This document shows, piece by piece, positions 1-6,629 of a stretch of DNA of 64,000 nucleotides. Within the stretch, counting starts at the first letter, position 1. Each line of letters opens with the position of its first letter. The notes beneath the pieces were generated by a model. It did no database searches. It had not been told where the DNA came from and saw only the letters and a program-made list of their open reading frames with translations. Where the stretch lies: the NCBI GenBank assembly GCA_035544615.1, contig DATKEA010000126.1:50-64049 (forward strand), given 5' to 3'. Origin of the DNA: Acidimicrobiia bacterium (GTDB taxonomy: Bacteria; Actinomycetota; Acidimicrobiia; Spongiisociales; ZC4RG35). Both the position numbers and the translations under genes were made by a program.

Positions 1-248
1 AAGCCGATTGTCCAGGCTCGGCGATTCAACGCCCTCCTCCGTTCGGGGAGGGACTTCAGGGGACGCCCACCCCGGGGATACGCGCGTGATCGACTGACTT
101 CCTATGGATTCGAGTGCCGCACCGGACACGTGAACAAGACCTGGTCGTCCTGTCTGACAGGGTGACCATCATCATCGACTAACTGGGTTTGATGCCCATC
201 GTCGGAGTGCGGCTGAGTTCAACTCATCAGATTGGTCTACTGACCCCA

Positions 249-265
249 CACGCCCCGTTTCCCTG
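249..265 (+). repeat. R1a, copy of the CACGTCCCGTTTCCCTA family
   Basis: cacgccccgtttccctg. Confidence 0.8.
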
Positions 266-290
266 TGGCGGCCTGCGCGGCGCCACCCAA

Positions 291-307
291 CACGTCCCGT
301 TTCTAAA
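291..307 (+). repeat. R1b, family copy (42 nt after R1a)
   Basis: cacgtcccgtttctaaa, followed by gccgcgcttatcaagacg (right-arm-like). Confidence 0.8.
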
Positions 308-488
308 GCCGCGCTTATCAAGACGCTGGCGACTCTCCCGGCCTCTTGTAGCCCACAGCCTTGGCCTTCGCGAGTGCCTCGAGAAGGCCAAGTGGAACCG
401 GGCAGCACCAGGACACTCTGCTCCGCGAGGCAACTCACCAAGGAGTAGGTTCGGAACCATCGACGGCCGGGGGGAAAGGAGGTGGCAG

Positions 489-782
489 ATGGCTACCTAT
501 GTCAGTCTGGTGAACTTCACCGACCAGGGGATGCGCAACTACACGGACTCGCCGAAGCGGGCCGGGGCGTTCAAGGAGATGGTCGAGGACATGGGAGGCA
601 CGGTCAAAGAGATCGTGTGGACCATGGGGGCCTACGACGTGGTGGCGATAATCGAGCTGGCAGACGACGAGACGGCGACTGCGGCCGCCCTCAGGATCTC
701 GTCTCTTGGCAACGTGCGCACCACGACTCTGCGTGGATTCGACATGGAGGAAATGGAAGGGATCATCCAGAAGGCCGGTTAA
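489..782 (+). CDS. GYD-domain small protein (97 aa)
   Basis: ATG 489 with GAAAGGAGG at 474-482. MATYVSLVNFTDQGMRNY...GAYDVVAIIE fits the GYD-family pattern. The tracked 189 start is read-through across repeat copies. Confidence 0.8.
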   Translation: MATYVSLVNFTDQGMRNYTDSPKRAGAFKEMVEDMGGTVKEIVWTMGAYDVVAIIELADDETATAAALRISSLGNVRTTTLRGFDMEEMEGIIQKAG

Positions 783-799
783 CCGGCCTTCGACGATTA

Positions 800-818
800 C
801 GGGAGGATCGACCTCCCG
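800..818 (+). terminator. stem-loop just downstream of the GYD gene
   Basis: cgggagg-atcga-cctcccg, a 7-bp perfect stem 18 nt after the stop. No clear T-tract, so function is uncertain. Confidence 0.3.
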
Positions 819-1117
819 GCCGTCGATCACCCTCGAGCAGGGCGGCCACCTCGTCGATGAGTTCGTCGATGCGGTCAAACGCGGAGTCGTCCTGAGTCGA
901 CGTCATTTCATCCGCGGTCGACCTCTGGTTGTCGAGGATCATCCGACCGAGTTGCGATGGAATCATGACCTGGCCCCTTGCTCTGCTGGCGGAAGCATCG
1001 GCAGGAAGGTCCGACGGGTGAGTAGCCCCAACGACCCATCCCTGACCGACGGACCCGCTCGGGGACCAGAACCCATCGGGGGACCGAGACGACTACCTCC
1101 CCGGACGGGGGATTAGC

Positions 1118-1546
1118 TCAACGAGACTCCAGGATCCGTTTTAGCTCTGCGAGGTTGTCGGCGACAGCTTCCTTGACCCTCGAGCCCGCCAGCTGGCCGA
1201 CCGTGCCGAGGATTCCCCGCGGTCGGAGCTCCACCTCGTTCGTCAACCGGGTACTCCGCTCAAGGGGTTCAAGATGGTATTCCAGCTCGGCCGAGAAGGG
1301 ACCGAGTGTTCCGCTGAGGCCGAGAGACCGATGAGGTTCGTAGACAGTGAGTTCGAAGGTCTCCTCACTCCTGCTTGGAAGGGTTCGAACCTGCCGGTAG
1401 GTGGTACCTACTCCGACCGGCCCGTCGGACGTCTTCTCTGTCAACGCGATGGCGTAGTTCCACGAGGGCACGTTTTCGAAGTCGGCCAGGTACGCGTAGA
1501 CGTCCTCGATGGGACGCTCGACATCGACGACATTGACGAAGTGCAC
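1118..1546 (-). CDS. SRPBCC (START / polyketide cyclase-dehydrase-like) family protein
   Basis: 142-aa ORF. The N-terminus VERPIEDVYAYLADFENVPSWN and the overall beta-rich pattern are typical of SRPBCC ligand-binding proteins. Confidence 0.75.
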   Translation of the reverse strand: MHFVNVVDVERPIEDVYAYLADFENVPSWNYAIALTEKTSDGPVGVGTTYRQVRTLPSRSEETFELTVYEPHRSLGLSGTLGPFSAELEYHLEPLERSTRLTNEVELRPRGILGTVGQLAGSRVKEAVADNLAELKRILESR

Positions 1547-1640
1547 GATGGCGCCACCTTCGAGTCTGATTGGCCGCGAGCCACCCTACCGGAACACCTT
1601 TAGGCCCTGGCTCGTGCAGGGTGGCAACCAGGGCGGACAG

Positions 1641-1654
1641 GTCCCGTTTCCCTA
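1641..1654 (+). repeat. R2a, family copy
   Basis: gtcccgtttcccta. Confidence 0.85.
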
Positions 1655-1680
1655 CGGCCCCGAGTCGGCGGTGCCTGCTG

Positions 1681-1694
1681 GTCCCGTTTCTCAA
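1681..1694 (+). repeat. R2b, family copy (exactly 40 nt after R2a)
   Basis: gtcccgtttctcaa. Confidence 0.8.
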
Positions 1695-1792
1695 TCAGAG
1701 GACGCACTCACCGTCGGCAGCCCGATGCGGTTGAGGATCATCCACCCAATGCGGAGCGACGATGAGGCCGTGGGGCGCCACCGATTCCGAGG

Positions 1793-2281
1793 CTAGTTGC
1801 GGGTGCCGTGTCGATCCGTGGGCACCGCATGGGGAGGGGCTTCGGGTTTGTACGAACTGGCTTCGATGTCGGCGTCGATTGCGGCTATTTCCGCAAGGGA
1901 GGTTGAAGCCAGCTCTCGGATAAGTGCGTCCTGGGTGCGGGCCCAGATGTCGTGAACAGGGCATGTTTCTTCCCAGTCACAAGGACCATCGCGGAGGACG
2001 CAATGGTCGAACCTGGCGGGACCTTCGGCGGCTTCAACGATATCGAGGACACTGATATCTCCGGGGTGTCGGGCCAGTCGGTAGCCCCCTTTAGGCCCGT
2101 GGTTGGCTTCCAGCAGTCCCTCGGCGACCAATCCAGCCAGGATCAGGGTCAAGGTCTTGTACGGAATGTGCATCTCGGTGGAGATCTGACGGGCTTGGCG
2201 GAGACCCGACCCGTAGTGGCGTCCAACCGAGATCATGGCCCTGACGGCGTAGTCGCCTTTTCGTTTGAGGCTTAGTTGCAT
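1793..2281 (-). CDS. Rrf2-family transcriptional regulator
   Basis: MQLSLKRKGDYAVRAMISV...ISTEMHIPYKTLTLILAGLVAEGLLEANHGPKGGYRLAR is a typical Rrf2 winged-HTH N-terminus. C-terminal Cys residues (CVLRDGPCDWEETCP) suggest a cluster-binding type. Confidence 0.85.
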   Translation of the reverse strand: MQLSLKRKGDYAVRAMISVGRHYGSGLRQARQISTEMHIPYKTLTLILAGLVAEGLLEANHGPKGGYRLARHPGDISVLDIVEAAEGPARFDHCVLRDGPCDWEETCPVHDIWARTQDALIRELASTSLAEIAAIDADIEASSYKPEAPPHAVPTDRHGTRN

Positions 2282-2317
2282 CGATGCTCCTGGACTCTAT
2301 CCAAAACTACCCTCAGC

Positions 2318-2334
2318 ATGCCAGAATTCTGCAT
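2318..2334. promoter_or_regulatory. near-palindrome ATGCCAGAATTCTGCAT in the AT-rich Rrf2 divergent intergenic region
   Basis: Core cagaattctg (2322-2331) is a perfect palindrome. It is nested inside ctaccct(2307-2313)/agggtag(2356-2362), and a second tagaattcca follows at 2341-2350. Candidate Rrf2 operator. Confidence 0.35.
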
Positions 2335-2399
2335 CCGGTTTAGAATTCCAAACAAAGGGTAGAGTATGGACGAAGGAAGCAGCTATATGAGGAGAACTC

Positions 2400-2672
2400 A
2401 TGATTACTACTGCAATCCGGCATTCTGTGTCGGACTATGGAAAATGGAAGACCGTGTACGACACATTCCGCCCCACATCCGAAGGAGCGAAGTTCGCAAG
2501 AGTGAATCGCTCGGTTGAGGATCCCAACATGGTGACCGTGGTCGCCGGTTTCGATACTCTCGAGTTGGCGAATGCCTTCATCAACAACCCCGACCTCAAG
2601 GTCAGGATGACCGAAGCCGGCGTCGTTGGTTCCCCGAGGATCGAGATCAACGAGGAAGTCGAGTCGATCTAG
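2400..2672 (+). CDS. small alpha+beta protein (DUF3764-like / Dabb-like), divergent from the Rrf2 gene
   Basis: 90-aa ORF with ATG 2400 and GAGGAG RBS 6 nt upstream. MITTAIRHSVSDYGKWKTVYD...MVTVVAGFDTLELANAFI resembles small ferredoxin-fold proteins. Family assignment is weak. Confidence 0.6.
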   Translation: MITTAIRHSVSDYGKWKTVYDTFRPTSEGAKFARVNRSVEDPNMVTVVAGFDTLELANAFINNPDLKVRMTEAGVVGSPRIEINEEVESI

Positions 2673-2753
2673 ATCGGATCCCCGGATCCTGGCGAAGGAC
2701 CCCCGGGGAAAGCTGGAACTGGCAGACGTCTGATCAAGGCATCTGAATGATCG

Positions 2754-2786
2754 AGGCCCCCTGGAGGACATTCCGACGGGGGGCCT
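2754..2786 (+). terminator. GC-rich hairpin downstream of the 2400-2672 gene
   Basis: aggccccc (2754-2761) pairs with gggggcct (2779-2786). It lies immediately 5' of repeat copy R3. Confidence 0.35.
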
Positions 2787-2797
2787 TCCTTACGTCA

Positions 2798-2814
2798 CAC
2801 GTCCCGTTTCTAAA
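2798..2814 (+). repeat. R3, family copy with conserved right arm
   Basis: cacgtcccgtttctaaa + tcgcgcgtttgacatggagaattcctc. Confidence 0.85.
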
Positions 2815-2856
2815 TCGCGCGTTTGACATGGAGAATTCCTCAACAGCCTTGCGCTG

Positions 2857-2870
2857 TCGCGATATCGCGA
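2857..2870. promoter_or_regulatory. perfect 14-bp palindrome TCGCGATATCGCGA upstream of the phd/doc-like pair
   Basis: Lies 13 nt upstream of ATG 2883 and abuts a TATCAT -10-like hexamer (2871-2876), with TTGCGC at 2849-2854. This is the usual position of an RHH antitoxin autoregulatory operator. Confidence 0.45.
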
Positions 2871-2882
2871 TATCATGAAGCC

Positions 2883-3092
2883 ATGAGCAAGCAAACAACC
2901 GTGCGTCTTCCCGAAGACCTGGCAGATGATGCCGAGGCGGTGGCTCGCGTCCAAGGTACGAGCGTCAATGCCCTGATCATCGAAGCGCTCAGCAATGAGA
3001 TCCCGCGGGTCCGAGAGGATGAAGAATTCACCAGCCGAGCGAAGCGGCTACTCGAACGTGATCGGGAGTTGCTCGAACGTCTCGGCCGGTGA
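2883..3092 (+). CDS. ribbon-helix-helix (CopG/Phd-like) antitoxin
   Basis: MSKQTTVRLPEDLADDAEAVARVQGTSVNALIIEAL is an RHH N-terminus. Its stop overlaps the GTG of the downstream Doc-like ORF (GTGA at 3089-3092). Confidence 0.75.
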   Translation: MSKQTTVRLPEDLADDAEAVARVQGTSVNALIIEALSNEIPRVREDEEFTSRAKRLLERDRELLERLGR

Positions 3093-3498
3093 TCCGGTAC
3101 ATCACCCTGGCGGAGTACATGTGGTTGGCCGAGCAGGTCACCGGTGTCGACGCCGACGTGCTGGCCAAGGCCTCCAGGGCGGATCTGGCTGATTCAGCGT
3201 TGCACGCCCCACAAGCGGGCTTCGGTGACAACGAGTTCTACCCGGACATCTTCGACAAGGCGGCGGTGCCGGGGTGTGCCGGCTGGCCTGGAATCATCCT
3301 CTGATGGACGGCAACAAGCGCGCAGCGTGGGCGGCGCTCGTCATGTTCGTGGACCTCAATCGGGGCAGCTGGGATCCAGATCCTCCTGATGTTGAACAAG
3401 CGGAACAGGCCATGCTCCCAATAGCGGCACATGAAGTCGACGAGACCTGGACGGCGGCCTGGCTCCGCGACCGTGTCAGTTTCGTTGGGCGGGACTGA
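3089..3498 (+). pseudogene. doc: Doc/Fic-family toxin, split by a frameshift near 3266-3276
   Basis: The N-terminal part (3089-3304) ends DIFDKAAVPGCAGWPGIIL*. The Fic motif HPLMDGNKRAAWAALVMF continues in another frame (3274-3498). Confidence 0.7.
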
Positions 3499-3600
3499 CC
3501 GATTTGAGAGGAGAGGACCCCAAGGGACTCTCCAGCAATACCCAAAGGTTTGACACGACCCTGAGATGTGGGGATCAAGTGGCTGGCCAGCCAGACTCAA

Positions 3601-3617
3601 CGCGTTCCGTTTCCCTA
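3601..3617 (+). repeat. R4, family copy with conserved right arm
   Basis: cgcgttccgtttcccta + tcgcgggtttgacatgggaggatccctc. Confidence 0.85.
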
Positions 3618-3739
3618 TCGCGGGTTTGACATGGGAGGATCCCTCGGGTTGTGCCCTCGCCTCTCCCTCCCAACCGCAACTGGTTCGTTCGGGCTCGCGT
3701 TGCCCAAATAAGGTGGATCGAACCTGGCCAGGGAGTGGC

Positions 3740-4879
3740 ATGAGTTCTTCTCTGTTCGACCGAACCGATTACCCCACCTTGCGCGATGTCGTCTATCTGA
3801 ATCAGGCCTCTCTCGGTCTGATCGGCAAACCCGCTGTCGATGCGATGACAGGGTTCCTCGAAGGTGTGGGTCGTCACGGCAACACATACATGTCCGACGA
3901 AGACGAGGCCGGCTTTCTCGATGGGCTCCGCTCAAAGGCGGCTCAGCTGCTCAGAAGCGACCCGGACCGGGTCGCGATCCTGGCCAGCGCCAGTGAGCTA
4001 CTCGGTCAGATACCTTTCATCCTCGCCCCGGCCGCGGGGACCAAGATCGTTGCGGTGTCTACCGACTTCCCGGCGATAACCCGCCCCTGGTTGCAGTTGG
4101 CCGAGCGGGGCGGCTGCCGGGTGGACTTCGCCCATGACGACCCTGACCTCGATCTGACCGGTGAGCTGGTCCAGCGGATAGACGGAGAAACCGCGGTGGT
4201 GACGGTCGGTTCTGTTCAGTACGCAACCGGGACAGTCGTCGACGTCCCCCGCTTGCGGGAGGCCACCGAACAGGCCGGGGTCCGGCTGGTGGTTGATGCC
4301 ACCCAAGAGGCCGGGGCGACGAACCGCCCGATCGGGTCGTGGGAGGCCGACGTTGTGGTCTCGAGTGGGTACAAGTGGCTCGGCGGCCACGGTGGTGTGG
4401 CCATCGGGGTGATCAGTCGTCAACTACTCGAAGAGCCTCCCGCGCTGCCCGGGTGGATGTCAGCACCGGAACCGTTCGACTTCGACGCAACCCACCTCCT
4501 GCTGGCACCTGACGCACGTCGATACACCCAGTCGACCATCTCATACGCGTCGGCTGCGGGTCTCACCGCCGCCATCGACCAGATCCTCGATTCCGGCCTC
4601 GACAACATCGAACGAGCCGCCTCCGACCTTGCCCATTTGCTCGTCGGCGAGCTGAGACCCTCCGGCTGGCATCCGTTACGGGAGTTGGGTGACCCCTCGG
4701 CGTCCGACCACATCATCTCGCTCAGCCACGACGGGATCGACATGGGACAGGTGACAAGACACCTGAGGACGGTCAGCATCGTTGCCGGTGGTCGTGGCGG
4801 GCGACTGCGCATATCTCTGGCCCCTTACAACAACGAAGACGACGTCGCAGATCTGGTGAGGGCCCTCTGCCAGCTCTGA
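3740..4879 (+). CDS. class V aminotransferase-fold PLP enzyme (cysteine desulfurase / epimerase-like)
   Basis: MSSSLFDRTDYPTLRDVVYLNQASLGL start and SSGYKWLGGHGG PLP-lysine motif. The ATG at 3740 is preferred over the tracked 3566 start, which runs through repeat copy R4. Confidence 0.85.
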   Translation: MSSSLFDRTDYPTLRDVVYLNQASLGLIGKPAVDAMTGFLEGVGRHGNTYMSDEDEAGFLDGLRSKAAQLLRSDPDRVAILASASELLGQIPFILAPAAGTKIVAVSTDFPAITRPWLQLAERGGCRVDFAHDDPDLDLTGELVQRIDGETAVVTVGSVQYATGTVVDVPRLREATEQAGVRLVVDATQEAGATNRPIGSWEADVVVSSGYKWLGGHGGVAIGVISRQLLEEPPALPGWMSAPEPFDFDATHLLLAPDARRYTQSTISYASAAGLTAAIDQILDSGLDNIERAASDLAHLLVGELRPSGWHPLRELGDPSASDHIISLSHDGIDMGQVTRHLRTVSIVAGGRGGRLRISLAPYNNEDDVADLVRALCQL

Positions 4880-4988
4880 GGGGGCGACTGAGTGTGTTTC
4901 GGAGGCCAGACCGGGGTTGACCTCGTTTGTCATCCTCGCCTGACCGCGGCCCGACATTTGGATGGCTGACCAGCGCTCTTACACCTCG

Positions 4989-5005
4989 CACGTCCCGTTT
5001 CCCGC
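4989..5005 (+). repeat. R5, family copy
   Basis: cacgtcccgtttcccgc, between convergent genes. Confidence 0.85.
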
Positions 5006-5055
5006 ACACGGCCGGATGTCCCGACTCCCCGTTGATTCCGTGGCCGCTCTGGCGA

Positions 5056-5454
5056 TCACATGTCTCGCTCTATCAGTGCTGCCCTTCGGCTGGCCGAGGC
5101 CAATCCACGATCGGTCGTGACGATCAACATGTCGAGCTGGCTGGCCAACTCGACGTAGAAGGCGTCGACCAGGCGCAGGTTTCCCCGCCTCCGCCACGCC
5201 CCGGTGAGTAACGGTGCAAGCGGGTGTCGGAAGATCGGTGACGATGCGACGAGGTTGACGCGCTCGGTCACTTGTCTTGTCGTCAGCTGACTGGCCCGAT
5301 GCAGCCTCCCAAGAGCGGAGAGGACCTCTGCGTCGAAATGCCCTGGAGCATGTAGCTCTGCGTTGTGCAGGTGTGCCTCGATCGACGCGGCGTGGTCAGA
5401 ACCAACGAGCAGGTCGACCATCGCCGAGGCGTCGAGAACGAGCGACTCAGCCAA
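5056..5454 (-). CDS. vapC: PIN-domain toxin (VapC type)
   Basis: LVLDASAMVDLL..., DAFYVELA and IVTTD acidic motifs are typical of PIN. It overlaps the upstream antitoxin gene by 8 nt. Confidence 0.85.
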   Translation of the reverse strand: MAESLVLDASAMVDLLVGSDHAASIEAHLHNAELHAPGHFDAEVLSALGRLHRASQLTTRQVTERVNLVASSPIFRHPLAPLLTGAWRRRGNLRLVDAFYVELASQLDMLIVTTDRGLASASRRAALIERDM

Positions 5455-5689
5455 GGCCCTCCAGCTCGTCCTTGGCTCCCTGTAGTGCGACCAGGACGTC
5501 TTTGTGCTCCACTCCGGTTGGGGACAGTGACGCCACCGTCTCCAACCACTCGCCCGTGCGCATGGATGACAGGGCTGACCGGACTGCTTCCTGCGTCAGG
5601 TTCGAAACATTGAGCCCAGCGTCTCTGGCTTCATTGGCCAGTTGGTCGGGTAGGTATACGTTGACTCTCGCCATGCGCATAGTATACAC
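5447..5689 (-). CDS. vapB: RHH antitoxin (VapB type)
   Basis: MARVNVYLPDQLANEARDAGLNVSNLTQEAV is an RHH fold pattern. The true start may be 5674 (MARV...). Confidence 0.75.
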   Translation of the reverse strand: MYTMRMARVNVYLPDQLANEARDAGLNVSNLTQEAVRSALSSMRTGEWLETVASLSPTGVEHKDVLVALQGAKDELEGLG

Positions 5690-5704
5690 ACATTCGAGCG
5701 GCCA

Positions 5705-5715
5705 GATCTTTCCCT
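5705..5715 (+). repeat. R5b, degenerate family copy between the two vapBC pairs
   Basis: atctttccctg. Its flank gcctgagctggagtggag is shared with the flank of R10b at 42601-42618. Confidence 0.5.
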
Positions 5716-5738
5716 GTTGCCTGAGCTGGAGTGGAGAT

Positions 5739-6146
5739 CTACGGGTTGGTTCGGTAGTGGCGGACGGTCACACTAGGTAGATCTGCGAATGCTGACTCGT
5801 CGGCGGTGAGCACCATGCGCTTTGTGGCGCGAGCTGTGGCCGCGATGAGCAAGTCGTGCGCGCCGCGAGGATGCCCTGTCTGCCTTACCGCCACCAGAAG
5901 CTGAGCATGTTCGAAAGCGACATCCCGGTCATAGGAGATTATTGGAACCGAGGCGAGGATCTCGTCCACGTAAGCCTGTCGGTCGGCCTTGGCATGCGGG
6001 GATGCGAGTTCGACCCCCACGACCAATTCGGCGACTGTGATTGCCGCAATTGCTATGTCGTCGTCTTCGTGGATCAGATCGTCGAGATCGATGTCGCCTC
6101 GCTCGGCGTCGATCAGGAAAGTCGTGTCGAGAAGCACGACGCTCAT
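5739..6146 (-). CDS. vapC: PIN-domain toxin (VapC type), second pair
   Basis: VVLLDTTFLIDAERG..., AITVAELVVG and LIAATARA...VLTADESAF are PIN motifs. A 4-nt overlap links it to the antitoxin gene. Confidence 0.85.
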   Translation of the reverse strand: MSVVLLDTTFLIDAERGDIDLDDLIHEDDDIAIAAITVAELVVGVELASPHAKADRQAYVDEILASVPIISYDRDVAFEHAQLLVAVRQTGHPRGAHDLLIAATARATKRMVLTADESAFADLPSVTVRHYRTNP

Positions 6147-6385
6147 GATCTGTTGTCGATCTCAACCAACTCGCGGAGACGCGAGAGCTCCTCTGCCCAA
6201 GCTGAATCTGGTCTGTGACGCTTCAGGATCTCCTTCACCTCGGAGCCACGGCCCTTGGTAATCGGTTCGAGATGTGCCACGGCCTTGCCTCGCCGAATGA
6301 TCGTGTAGTGCTCGTGCGCGTGCTCAACGCTGTCCAGCAAATCGGCGAAGCGTCTTGCTGCTTCGGTGGCTGAGATATCTGGCAT
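6143..6385 (-). CDS. Phd/YefM-type antitoxin
   Basis: ISATEAARRFADLLDSVEHAHEHYTIIRRGKAVAHLEP is the Phd/YefM N-terminal pattern. It is translationally coupled to the PIN gene. Confidence 0.8.
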   Translation of the reverse strand: MPDISATEAARRFADLLDSVEHAHEHYTIIRRGKAVAHLEPITKGRGSEVKEILKRHRPDSAWAEELSRLRELVEIDNRS

Positions 6386-6431
6386 GAGATCAGATTATCA
6401 GATTTCACGATATGGGGGAGCTCATCCGACG

Positions 6432-6449
6432 ACGTGTCCCGTTTCCCTA
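6432..6449 (+). repeat. R6, family copy
   Basis: acgtgtcccgtttcccta. Confidence 0.85.
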
Positions 6450-6629
6450 ACGCCTTCTTGCTCGAACTGCGAGTGGCTGTTCACACGGCTGGCGTGCCTT
6501 TGAGCGGACCGCAGATGGAGACCCCAGCCGGGCACAAGACTTGAATTGGCTGCCCCGATAGCCGGAGGGATGACAAATGCGGCGGAGCGTGCGAGGAGCA
6601 ATCTCACGCAGGATCTGCTGTCGCGACCC

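Noticed and set aside
763-966. 67-aa minus-strand ORF with an acidic DDSAFDRIDELIDEVAALLEGD segment reminiscent of Pup or an antitoxin
   Set aside because: It has no C-terminal GGQ/GGE. Its tail is Arg-rich, runs through the 800-818 hairpin and overlaps the GYD gene. There is not enough evidence to call a gene, though a decayed small ORF cannot be excluded.
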